Below the pieces are notes generated by a model. It did not search any database. It worked only from the letters and a program-made list of their open reading frames with translations, and was not told where the DNA came from. This document shows positions 24,545 to 35,846 of a DNA stretch of 64,000 nt, piece by piece. Numbering within the stretch: the first letter of the stretch is position 1; each line of letters opens with the position of its first letter. The translations under genes were made by a program, and so were the position numbers. The stretch comes from Selaginella moellendorffii. Its lineage: Eukaryota > Plantae > Lycopodiophyta. The stretch covers positions 1,239,514 to 1,303,513 of the forward strand of contig NW_003314315.1 of NCBI RefSeq assembly GCF_000143415.4. The letters are read 5' to 3'.

Positions 24545-27500
24545 TTAAAGCAGCTCCATCGGCATTTGGATGACTGTGAATAAGAAAGAGTGCCCGGCTC
24601 CTTCTCCTACTTGTGCTGCTCTATCCGTGTTACTGGCACCACCATCGCTACGATCGACCGGTGATAGTGCTGCTTCCTCGGCATAGTCGCCTGCTCTAAT
24701 TGCTGGAGCCGCCACAAAGTTGCTCCTTTTTGCCTTCTCCGGGGCCACTACCACTGTCTCTGCCTGTTGCTTCCCCGCCTCTAGCAATCTCCACGAGATC
24801 CTATAGTTGCTCAAGTCGTACATTCCCGGCGCTAGCACTCCGACGCATAGCGGCACTCTGGTGGAAGCTCCGGGTGCCAGTTCCAGCGATGTCACGGATT
24901 TGGAGCAGCACCATACGTAAGGTCCGGATGATGCAAGCTTCCTGTCACTCCTTGCTGAGGATTCTGTTCCTGACGAAGCGAGAGCCTCTAAAGTTGGTGG
25001 AGGCGAGGCACTTCGCCACCCAGCTTTGGCACCACCATCGCCTGTGTCATTCCAGTCACAAGTCTCCACTTTCACGGATGCTGTCAGCTGCGAGCAGTTT
25101 CTAAGAGCCAAGAAGACCGGGACTTCGCATAGACCTTGCGTAGCGAAGTCGTGGGCTAAACACCTCGGTCCCTCCATAGCCCAAACCAATGGTTGAGAGC
25201 CTTCCACCCTGCAAAGTTGAAGCTCGTAAGACCATAGGAAAATGGAGACAAATCGAACAAAACCTGCAATGACAGACGTGATGGCTTGCAATACGAAAAT
25301 CCCGCTGACTACCCGCGGCTTTCTCGGTTATCATGTCGTCTTGTTGCCCAGTGATCAAAACTATATCGACAGTTTGATATCTAGCGTCCTGCTAGTGAAA
25401 ACAGTAGTTGGAGAAATTAACAAAACATTCAAACGAAACGAAACCTGAGAAGTTTTTATCTGTACAATCTTCTCTTGCTGGTGAAAATAAGAAAGTGGAC
25501 CTGAACTAATGTTGATTAGAGGCTCTTCGCTACTAGGAGGACCAAGTCTTACGGTACCACCTCCATGCTTTGTTTCCACATCCCTCTGCACAGTCACTAC
25601 GACTTAAACAGCCAGATACGCAAAACGGAGCTTACCCGGAGTTGGAAGAAAAAGGAGGATGATTGCGTAGCAGGCAGCAACTGAGATGGAGAGACGGAAG
25701 ATGACAGGAATGCAGCCTTGAGTGTTTCATCATTATCTGCTTGCTCCAACACCTGCGGCTGAACGGCAGAGAAGCACCAATCATCTCCGATACTCGATGC
25801 CTGTCGCAACCAGAAACTGTCGGAAGGATGTACATTTGCTACGTCCATTCGTAAAAGGTACTGGTCCAGCTTCACTGGGCAGGACGATATTCCCACGGAG
25901 ACTTGTAGCGACGGAATCACCTAAAAGCAAAGCGGTAAACAAAAGAAGTCTAAATAACAAGAAGTCAGCTTTACCTGAACACTATGGACCATTCGCAAAG
26001 TCCGATACTTAAGGCTGGTAGTGTCTTCACACGGCTCAAAGTAGAGTACTGTCTTGAATGACACCTTTCCATCGTGGCTTGCATGCAACCATAACGGCCA
26101 TAGGAATGTTGACACTCCTTCTAAAAAAGTTTTCTGAGACCAATAACGACGGTCAGGAGCTTAACTTCGTAGTTACGAGAGCACCAAACCTCCGGAAAGT
26201 GAAAAATGGAGCTACCGTGTTCACATTGGATGTCTTTTGGCTGCCCATCATTTCGCATTTCCAAACAATTTGGAAATTCAAGGTCCAAATCTCCTTGTTC
26301 GCCAAACATTAAAAACGCAGGATGGCTGGTTTTAAGTTTGATATTCTACAAGAACAACTCAAAGGTTACCCGAGTAATGCAAAGGAGAGAATGCAGACCT
26401 TAATAGAGGCCTGAGACGGATTTTGAATCTCTAATACAACACGTCGAACTTCTCCTCTGTTAATCTTTGGTGGTAGCTCATGCATTGATATCTCCAGCCT
26501 TGGCATGTGCTGCCCACAGTAAATCAGGAAAAGAAAATGATACTCGAAATATTACGTACCGCCACTACGTTGAACTTCAACCGCTTATGGAATGGTACAT
26601 CTATTTTAGACTTTCTTGGCTTTGATGATTTTGATTTCCCTTGCACTGGAAAGTCATAACGACATTGCACGATTCCACAAAGGCCCCATTTAACTCCCAC
26701 TACCTGCAGCAAACCTTCTTCGATAGGCTTCGTCTTCAAGCAAACCTGCACACGGGCATGAAAAACAGAAAAAAATAAATAAAATAAAAAAGTGACTAGC
26801 AAGTCTTACCTCCACCTCTTCTCCACCCTTGAGAGAAAATGATTCGTTTGAGAGAATCAACGAGGAGTTTTCACTGCAAAGTGCACACCTTGAAGAAAAA
26901 TTCAAAGGAAAACGGCAACATACGGTTTTGAGCTCGTCATCTCTTCTGGTCCTACAGAGTCGGTAAGTAACACTAAAAGTTGATTCAGGAAATATCACCT
27001 CTCTTTTTTGGTTGAAACTCGCAAATAAGCTCCATAAGAAAGACTTCAATGGAGATTTGCAACGGATTGCTAACCTTAAGAAAGACACAAACATCCTCTG
27101 TCAAAAAGAAAATGTAAATAAATGTGAAATTCAATACAACCACAAGACTTACCTCCTGAAACGCACACGTTAAAATCCTGGATTTTCTTGTTAGATTTCC
27201 CTGCATCCAACCAAGTCGTAATTGGTGCTCCTGAGGACGGTGGAACAAGCTCCTCCTCTAAAAGGGCCCATTCCGCTTCCGGTACACTGGCCTGCAGAAA
27301 CCTGCTTACAATATTCTGACATGAGAAATAGTTATCTTACAGCCATGGCGGAAGCATAGGTCCTGTGATCTTCAAAGCGTACATACACGTCATCGGAGCT
27401 TATTGCAGGCAACCTTACTCGTAACACCTCATCTTTCGTTTCCAAATTCTACCAAATCAGGGTGTTTAACAATGCAAATTAAAAGATAAACTTAAAATAC

Positions 27501-30042
27501 CTGGACTGCATTGAGAAATTCTTTCAAGAACTGGGCTTGTGTCGGAGCAGACTGGTGACTGCAAGCCATGATGTTCATAAAATGTTGAACAGCAGCATCC
27601 ACCTTCCCAAGAAGCAAGGATATCCTGAAAGCAATAATAGCCAGTTCAGTAAACTCATTAAAGCCTTTCACGTACCGGCCAAGGTAGACATTAACGTGAT
27701 CGCCAATAAAATTCCAGCCTTGCCCATCGTATACAGCTGAGGCTCTCGAATAGGCACGTAGCGCGTGTTTTCTCTAGAGTAGTTGAAGGATAAGTCAAAG
27801 CCAAAATGCTGTTGCAATTTACCTGGCTGCTCATATGGTACCGGATACCTGCTAAAACAAGATGAAAACCGTACTTCCGCAGCATAGGTGGGACACAACG
27901 CAAGAAACAGTATGCTGACTGCTCTAACAATACTCCTGCTCGCAAAGTAGCATCCTTGTCCATCTAATTGGAAGTTTTAAAGCTTGTAAGCACGCGATCA
28001 AAACCAAACCTCTGTGCCCGCTCGAAAGAGGACGGATGCAGCTTCGGAATATTGAGCTCTCGTTTTATGCACTTCAGCCCACCACAAAGCTGTGCGCGTT
28101 GCGTACCTTATGGAGGGTGGGCCACAAGTCTAGAAAGGTAAAAACAGCTCAGAATATCAAATAAGACGCACAAAGCTCGTTACTTGATATGTTATGTAGG
28201 CTGTCTCTAAGGAGTTATCAGCTTCTTTTCTTGATTGGTCCAACAGGCATAAACAAATTCCAAGCATCTCCTGTGTGCATAATACATGTCAAGAATGAAA
28301 TCACACAAAACTTTCAACTCACCATGACGCCGGCATATCTTTTCAGCGCTCTATCAGCTTTGTAATCGCTCGAGAGCAAGCGATAGTTTGATACCGCCAG
28401 ATCGTAATCTTGCAACATAAAAGAGTAATCCGCAAGAACACGAATTTGTGATTCCACCGAATTGTAAGTATATCTGCCAATACACAAAAAAAAAAAAAAA
28501 GAGAGAGAGAGAGAGAAGGATGAGAGTGCTATTTATGTTTCGTCTTACACATTCCCTGAAGGAGTATCCGGGTATTCGGAGTCTTTTTTCCGCCACCAAA
28601 GATTTTTTAATTGATTCTTTAAGCCTCGTCGTGTAGCTGCCACCTGCAACCACAATCTGTTCAGTAGCAGCAAATTTTGCAGCAAAAACTTACCTGCTGA
28701 TTCAAGTAACGAACTTTCTGTTCCATATACGGTATAATGTGCTTCTGGCACAAATCGATCACAAACCTTTGAATCTGAAACAAGAAATAGCCTCAGGAGA
28801 AATGTAGATGGCTTTCAGACAAGTACCTCATCGACATCATTAATTTGAAGACAGCATCCAGTTTTAAGATTGTCTGATATCTGCATGTCTCAAGTTATAG
28901 CCCAGAGAAGCATAAGCACAAAACATTTGCATACCTTATAACGCGGCATGCTAGAACTCCAGATATCTTCCACAGGGGAACCATTATCCAGTGGAGAAGA
29001 ATTTATCCGGATTAAGCTGCAGTCGTTAACATCTAGTGTACCAGCAAAATTCTGAAGCATCTCATTTGCGCTGCCAGATACCAGACAACGCAAAAAATTA
29101 CAAGATGAAGGTAAATAATTGCTTGAGACTTACCGATCAGAAGGCCCATCCTGGTTGTCGTGCAATACAACGTAGTGCCTGAGGATTCTTGGATCCATGG
29201 CACCATCCTTGAGCAACGATGGCAGATTGGTAACGTCTGACAGGCTAGCAAAGACGTCGAGGGGGTTCTCGTCGTTTGAAGAAACAACAAGCAGACCTGC
29301 AAGTCACACACTCGCCATGAGTCAGCTTACGTGATCGAGAATATCTAGGACTATACAAGCTACAGGGTGATCAAAAGCTTCGTGTTCAGAGAATGCCAGA
29401 GTCCGGGCAAACGCGGTACTGTACTTTTGGAACCAAGACAGTGTTGACTCCGACTGCATCGCTAGCAGAAACAACAAGCACAGAATAAGGAACTCAAAGA
29501 GAGAACAACTGGAACACAGCAAACCTCTGTGGACGGATTCAATACTGCTCTGAGCACGAAGATCGTCACCTTGGATCTCGTCCAGAGCAGCCTCATTCAC
29601 CACATCAAGTAATTGCTGCTCGGCTAGCTAAGCAACGCAGAAAAGAAAAAAACATACATCATTCTTCACATGAAGAATGAATGAAAAGCTACCTCAATTG
29701 GCGTAGCTCGAATCTCCGAAGCGTAGAAGAGGCGGAGTCGAAACTCTTGCAGCCGGTATGGCGTCTCGCTCGCTGTCCGCACGGGTACTGATGGAATAAT
29801 CAAGGAGGAGAGATCGGATTCATTCACATTCCACGAAAACAAGCACACTCACCATTGACGCGGTCGAGAAAACAGAAGGGGCGCAGGAGATCCACGAATC
29901 CGAGATTGTTCTTCCGGCATGCTGCCTCCGCGCGGGGCGACGCAAGCACCATGACCACCGGCGACACGCTCTGGAGCAGGATCTGGGACAGCAGCGACGC
30001 AGCGCCATTGCCAGGAGCTGCCGGAGCGGGAGGACTCTCCAT
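24545..30042 (-). CDS. TRS85: TRAPP III subunit TRS85/TRAPPC8 (many exons)
   Basis: SPVVMVLASPRAEAACRKNNLGFVDLLRPF, FSEHEAFDHPVAC, HIIPYMEQK, SVESQIRVLADYSFMLQDYDLA, LLEQSAYCFL..PPMLRKYGFHLVLAG, HDFATQGLCEVP. Confidence 0.95.
28486..28516. repeat. Intronic poly(A)+(GA)n microsatellite
   Basis: A run followed by gagagagagagagaga. Confidence 0.9.
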
Positions 30043-30197
30043 CGAGAACCCTAAACCCGGTCCGATAGATCTCAAATTAAAATGTGGAGTGAAAGGAAAA
30101 ATTCACTTTAACCATACTTTACTTCTTTAACCATGGTACAATGCTAGCGAGAGAGAGAAGATGATCCTCGCTCGATCTCTAGAGATGATCTAATCGG

Positions 30198-31433
30198 TCA
30201 TGGAGTGTAGGATGATAGACACTGGTGTGGCGGCCTGGAGGAGAGCTTGCCAGCATTGAGAGGGCATGCCGATTGCGATGGCGGCGTGAGGCAATTGTAT
30301 TGGAGGCAGAGGAGCGCGGCGGCGGGCAGCGCGGCATCAGGCGGCGATAGATCGAAGCCCGTCAGGAAGTTGTGCTGGAGATAGAGATTGCGAAGATTTG
30401 CTGAGAGGAGGCCATCCGCGAATTCCTTTGGGACGGAGCCCGTGAAGTGATTGTTGTTGAGGAAGACGTTCTCCGAGAAGGCTAGCATCGGTGGAATGGC
30501 GCCCGAGAGATTGTTGTAGCTCAAATCCACGCGGCTCATCCTCGCGGGAGATTCGATCGCCACAGGCCCCGACAAGTGATTGCGCTGGAGCTGCACAGAC
30601 ACGAGATTTGGATTGCTGCTCCACAGCAACGATGGAATGGCCCCGGTCAACTCGTTGGAGCTCAAGTCAAGCGTGGTCAATGCGCGGAGCGACGCCAGCG
30701 ATGGAGCCATGGAGCCCGATAGCCGGTTGTTCTTGAGGGAGAGATAGGTGAGCGAAGCAGGGAGCGAGCGGGGCATCTCACCCGAGAGCTCGTTCCAGCC
30801 TAGATCGAGATGGGTCATGGAGGCGGAGGTGAATCGATCGGGGATTGGCCCCGAGAGCTTGTTGTGGGAGAGCTCCAGCGCGACGAGACTGGGCAGCAGA
30901 GCAATCTCGTGTGGAATGGCGCAGGCGAGAGAATTGGAGCTGAGGTCCAGCACCAGCAATCGTGTGAGGCTGGCAAAGCTGGCGGGAATGCATCCGGAGA
31001 GCTGGTTGTGGCTGATTCCCAGGAACTGGAGGCTGCTGCCCAGATTCTCGCCAATGCTGGATGGGAGCTCTCCTCGTACGCTGCCCGCCGTGAGCGTGAG
31101 TTGCTGGAGCAGGCGGAGCTCTCCAATGCGCGGGCTGAGCGTGCCAGTGAGGCCTGGCGATCCGGCGTAGCCGTCGCCCAGGTTGAGCATCACGACGTGG
31201 CTGCTGGCGCCGATGATAGTGCAAACGATCCCGGAGAAGCCGCTGCAAGGCTCGCGTTCGAAATCCCAGGTGGACAGGAAGGAGGAGCCCGGCAGATCCT
31301 TCAGCTGCTTCTTAATGTCGAGCAATGCATCGCGCTCATCCGGATGGAGCTGCTGCGCCATCACCATGTAATGGATCGAAGCGAGCATCAAAGCTCCCAA
31401 TCCCAAGCGAAGAATCGAAACCTCTCTCACCAT
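30198..31433 (-). CDS. Secreted leucine-rich repeat protein (no kinase, no TM), single exon
   Basis: Signal peptide, LRRNT (WDFEREPC..FSGIVC), plant LxxLDLSxNxLxGxIP repeats, C-terminal Cys cap CLQYNCL..P..SACP. Confidence 0.93.
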   Translation of the reverse strand: MVREVSILRLGLGALMLASIHYMVMAQQLHPDERDALLDIKKQLKDLPGSSFLSTWDFEREPCSGFSGIVCTIIGASSHVVMLNLGDGYAGSPGLTGTLSPRIGELRLLQQLTLTAGSVRGELPSSIGENLGSSLQFLGISHNQLSGCIPASFASLTRLLVLDLSSNSLACAIPHEIALLPSLVALELSHNKLSGPIPDRFTSASMTHLDLGWNELSGEMPRSLPASLTYLSLKNNRLSGSMAPSLASLRALTTLDLSSNELTGAIPSLLWSSNPNLVSVQLQRNHLSGPVAIESPARMSRVDLSYNNLSGAIPPMLAFSENVFLNNNHFTGSVPKEFADGLLSANLRNLYLQHNFLTGFDLSPPDAALPAAALLCLQYNCLTPPSQSACPLNAGKLSSRPPHQCLSSYTP

Positions 31434-31678
31434 CTCTACAGTCGCGATTGGATTCTTCTTCTATGCTATCTTCTCTTTCTCTGGGCGACAGCGTTGCTAC
31501 AAACTAGGCTGGGGCGAGATAGGCGCGTAAGCTTGCGCTTGTCTGGATGCTATTTACAATCTCTCCCAGCGACAGGACAGGGAAGAGATTTAACGGCTCC
31601 ATGGCGTCCCAACGGATATCATATGAGCCCATTGAAGATGGGAATATTCGTGAGGCAGCAAGAGGCACGGATGCTCTT

Positions 31679-31686
31679 AAACCCTA
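31679..31686 (+). promoter_or_regulatory. Telo-box
   Basis: AAACCCTA about 15 nt before the ATG at 31702. Confidence 0.5.
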
Positions 31687-31701
31687 ACTTACGAGCAAGA
31701 G

Positions 31702-33491
31702 ATGGGAAACAAGGACGCCGTGCACAACGAGATCCTCAGGCTCAAGAGGATCCTCTTTGAAAAGGTGAGCTTTTTCTCAGCTTCGCAGCTACCAGGCTAC
31801 CATTTCTTTTCCAATCCGAATCGTCCCAGCTCACGGAGAGCACTGCCAATGCGGGAATCGGGCTCACCAATGTGTCCTTGACGCCGGCGCAAGAGCTGGG
31901 CCAGAAGATGCTCGTCGATGGAATGCCAAAGGCTTTTGTTGGTAAGCAAAGTGGTGATCGATAGATCTTTCTCTTGAGTTCTAACACGATTTTAATTCAA
32001 GAGTTTTTCGAGCTCACCACCACCTTGGAGCCCGAGCCGACCAACAAAGAGGACGAGGAAGCTGGCATCAGGTTCCCCATCGCCGAAGCTCAGAGAACGG
32101 TAGAATCGATCGAGCACCACCATTTTTCTCAAGACGCTCGTGCTTATCTTGTTGCAGTTTAAGAAGAAGGAAGTCCAGAGCGTTTTGTGCGGCCATCTTG
32201 TAGCAGCAGAGCGAGCTGCAAGAACAGGTAAGTCATGAAATCACATCGCCAAAGTATGAGCTAGAAAAATCTCTACGCAGGGAACAATGAGAAGCTGTTC
32301 ATGGCATTGTCCGGTGTTGGAGCTCTGTTCGACAAGACGTGCTACTTCTCCACTGCGGTGGCCTACTTCGTGCGAGCTCTCGCCGCGGCCAGCAATGTGA
32401 CGAGCACACGGAACACCTTTCACGTAGCACAGGTAAGCTTCTCCTCCTGTGGCAACCACCTGATTGATCATCCGGATTGTTCACATGTTCTACAGCAATG
32501 TTTAGGCAAAATACAACCTTGGCAAGATCTACTGGAAGGTGCGAAACAGTGGCGACGCCATCAGCTGCTTTGAGGATTGCTTGGGCCTCGCAAGCTTCAT
32601 AAACCACGGCCAGCTCGTCGTCATGGCTGCAACTGAGCTCCTCGAGGTGACGCTTTCTTTCTCCACCTTGGTAGCTTAGCTCGTCTTAAATCCAGGAAGA
32701 AAACAGCATGGAAAAGCTTGCAGGTCTACTGGCATTGCGCCGAGGAGTGCCGACAAGAAGGCAACTGCAGACAGAGCATTTGCTACTTTGAAAAGGCAAG
32801 CCAGGAAAAACTATAGAAAAACTTTGGAGATGTGTGAATTTTTCGTCGTGATCACAGTGCGTGCGAGCTGCTGTGGCATGTAGTAATCCTGTTCAGGGAG
32901 GTGAAGCCAAGTACAACATTGGACTCGTATATGGGATGCTCAGGGAGACGCAAAACGCTGTGAAATACCACAACGAGTACATCGATTTCTCAAGGAAGAT
33001 CAGGAACAAGGTACGCACAGCCATGCTTTAAGATTGTCTTTGAGATTTTTCTTCTCGCTCTCTCAGGCAGGAGAGTGCAAAGCTCACGCAGCTATGTCGG
33101 AAACTTATGAAGCCGCTGGCAATATATCTGCAGCTGTGCACCATCTCAAGGCTTACTTGCAAGCAGCGGCATTTCTAGATCCCGTCACTCTGGTATTCCA
33201 TTCGTGCAAGCAATCCATGAGAGATTTGGCTAGAAATCCTTTTTTTTCGTGTCTTACTTGCAGGCCGTGGGACACTGTTTGCTCGGCTCGCTCTACAAGA
33301 GACAAGGGAATCGCGACGAGTCACTGGAGCAATTCGGGAAGTATTTTGCGATTGCTCGGCAGCTCAAGGATCCAGATTTGCTGGATGTGAGTCGCGTCAA
33401 CATTGGAATCGCTCGGGAGCTCAAGCCCAAGAGGGTGTCCATTAGCCAGTTCATGCTGGGCGAGTGTTCCACATACTGGAGCCTCCTCTAG
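31702..33491 (+). CDS. TTC29: Tetratricopeptide repeat protein, TTC29-like (ciliary/flagellar)
   Basis: Spliced frame MGNKDAVH..LGQKMLVDGMPKAFVEFFELT..HLVAAERAAR, followed by TPRs (GEAKYNIGLVY, GECKAHAAMSETY, LLGSLYKRQGNRDESLEQFGKYF..SRVNIGIA). Confidence 0.7.
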
Positions 33492-33622
33492 TAGCGGGGA
33501 GGGGAATATACGCTACCTACGGTGGAAGGGATATTCCCCCGCATTATTCCATTCGTTGTGCCAATGGGGTTGGCTATGGCGGACGCGGAGCTACGAATGA
33601 TCCGGGATTTCTCACCACTCTC

Positions 33623-33763
33623 ATGGTAAAGCCATGGCACAAATGCGGCAGCGTGCGTAGCTGCTTGGCGTTCGAGGGTTTGAATTGGAGCAGCGGGAGT
33701 TGGAGCGTCCAGGACGAAATTTCGGCAATGCAGATGATGATCCCACTCCACGGCCAATTCTGA
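33623..33763 (+). promoter_or_regulatory. Candidate upstream ORF (46 aa) in the ADA1 leader
   Basis: MVKPWHKCGSVRSCLAFEGLNWSSGSWSVQDEISAMQMMIPLHGQF*, ending 44 nt before the next ATG. Confidence 0.5.
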
Positions 33764-33807
33764 GCGAGGATCGAGGTGGGCGGAGCTGCTGAGCTGAGCT
33801 GCTGGAG

Positions 33808-34845
33808 ATGATCGAGGTCGATTGCTCTTCCTTCCCGGATCATGGGGTTATGGCTAATCATCCCTTGCAAGGTAACTCTAGAGCTTTTTTTTGTAGTTCT
33901 AGTCGCTCTATGGAAGCTCGAATTGATCATACGCTTGGGTGCATTGTAGAGGGTGATCAAGCTCTTGGTCCTGGAAGTAGCAATGGAGGATTTGCTCGAG
34001 TTGCGCTACGCGGGGCCAAGCGCGTGGAGCTGCCCATCCAGCACTGGCGCATCAACTTAATCGACTTGAAATCCAAGCTTTCCAAGATCTTGGGTCCCAG
34101 CAAGGAGAAAGAGTACTGCAACATCTTTAGCAGCTTTCTAAGCCACCGATTGAGCAAAGCCGAGCTCGACAAGAGGCTGCTCCAGACGCTGGGCAGCAAG
34201 GACAGCATCGTGCTCCACAACCAAATCGTCCGAGCAGTCCTTTCCAACGCAAGGTGTGGACAGCCGCCACCCCGCGGAGGGTCACTCAGACCAGCAAGCG
34301 ATGATCCGCGCAAGAACAAATCGGACTACCACGCATTGCCTGCTGCCAAGCGGTTCAAGCAAAGCTCCGGCATGGCAGTGCTTAAAGTTATGGAGGACGA
34401 GAAGGAAGAACTGGACGAGGATGGCGAAGATAATGACGAAGAAGAGGAAGAAGTGCAAGCACCACTTGGCGTGCCTCTTTGTCGCCAGAGCGTGGGTGGC
34501 GCGTCGCAAAGATCATCCTCGCCTGTGTCGGTGGTGAGCAGCGCCGAGATGATGATCATGGAGGCGAGTGAATTGCCCGACGCCAGCAGCATGCAAACGC
34601 GAATGACGCGATTTGCAGCGGGGCTCGAGGTGGAGCACGAGTGCGCCAATCTCGTCAACCATGCGCTGGACATCCACTTGAAGCGATTGATCAAGGCTTG
34701 TATCCAAACGGGAAGGAGAAGATCGAGCAATCACCGGATCTCGGCTCTCGACTTCCGGGTGGCCATGGAGAATAGCAGGCAGCTCCTGGGAGGGAACTGG
34801 CCAATCCATCTCGAGACACTCTCGCTACTCGATCACCATTACTAG
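33808..34845 (+). CDS. ADA1: SAGA complex subunit ADA1/Tad1-like
   Basis: RINLIDLKSKL..LG..KEKEY..FLSHRLSKAELDK..LHNQIVRAVLSNA, APLGVPLC, ELPD, ECANLVNHALDIHLKRLIKAC, LDFRVAMENSRQLLGGNWPIHLE. Probable in-frame 78-nt intron at 33872-33949. Confidence 0.92.
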   Translation: MIEVDCSSFPDHGVMANHPLQGNSRAFFCSSSRSMEARIDHTLGCIVEGDQALGPGSSNGGFARVALRGAKRVELPIQHWRINLIDLKSKLSKILGPSKEKEYCNIFSSFLSHRLSKAELDKRLLQTLGSKDSIVLHNQIVRAVLSNARCGQPPPRGGSLRPASDDPRKNKSDYHALPAAKRFKQSSGMAVLKVMEDEKEELDEDGEDNDEEEEEVQAPLGVPLCRQSVGGASQRSSSPVSVVSSAEMMIMEASELPDASSMQTRMTRFAAGLEVEHECANLVNHALDIHLKRLIKACIQTGRRRSSNHRISALDFRVAMENSRQLLGGNWPIHLETLSLLDHHY

Positions 34846-35058
34846 AGAGATCTTTACTGTTTTCCATACCATTTTTTTTACAACTTTTTCCACCTCGGTA
34901 GAGTTGGGTGCTGAGAGGTAAATTTACAAGAACTCGTCGAGCTCGCTATAAGTCAAGCACGACGAAGCAAACGATGAGAAAGAGGAACGAAAGGAAAGAA
35001 CACCAACAAAAAGAGAGATGAGAGATCATGGTTTTTCTATGGATCGATCGTTCTTCGC

Positions 35059-35593
35059 CTACCGGGGCTGCTGGATCCGGGTCGACAGCGAGCCCTTCCT
35101 CATCTGCGCCGCCGCCAGCTTGGGAGGAACCTTGACAAGCTTGTTGCGGGGGTCTCGAGGAGCGTAGATCTTGGCGGCCGCCGGTGGGGGTGAAACCAGA
35201 TCTATCACCTTGACGGCCCGGGGCGCGGGGCACAGATTCACATCTACAAACCCATCGCATGAAATCGATCAAAACCAGCGACAAGGAAGAAATCTCGTTA
35301 CCTTGTTCTTTGAGGGTGTCCGCCTCGTCGAGCGCCCTCACATCCTCAAGATCCACGTCCTCGAATGACACATCCTCCTCGTCTTCCTCGGCGTAGTCGT
35401 CGAGCGTGGCGGACGCTTCCGAGACAACGCTCTCCCACTTCTCGCGGATCCAGTAATCGCGGAAGGCGGGCGTGCTCTTCACCAGATTCCACCACTCGGA
35501 CGAGAAATCCTCGACGCTCTCGAAGAAGGAGGGGACGAAGTGGGGAGCGTCGGGGTTGAGCGAAGAAGAAACGCAAGGCGCCTTGACAGCCAT
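35059..35593 (-). CDS. ERD15/CID-like PAM2-motif protein, 2 exons
   Basis: PAM2 [35 protein letters not shown]-terminal RIQQPR*. Confidence 0.92.
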
Positions 35594-35846
35594 GGCTACG
35601 AGCAATCTGACAAGCCCTACCTCGGGACAGAAGAAACCCAAAGACGATAAGCTCGACGGCTAGCAAATACAAACTGCACACGTGTGCCATTGTCCGCCGT
35701 CGATTGTGGGAGTGCAAGGGCTCGAATCCTGCGGCCTCGCGTAGAGCTACGCAAATGCAAAGCTTGCTAATGCACGGATCAAGAAACAAAATGCTTTGCT
35801 TGCTTGCTTGTTCCATGCTTGTTCTTGCTCGAGCACTCTGGAGAGC

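Noticed and set aside
27617-27626. ATATCCT as a U12 intron donor in TRS85
   Set aside because: It lies just inside an exon after a normal CAG acceptor.
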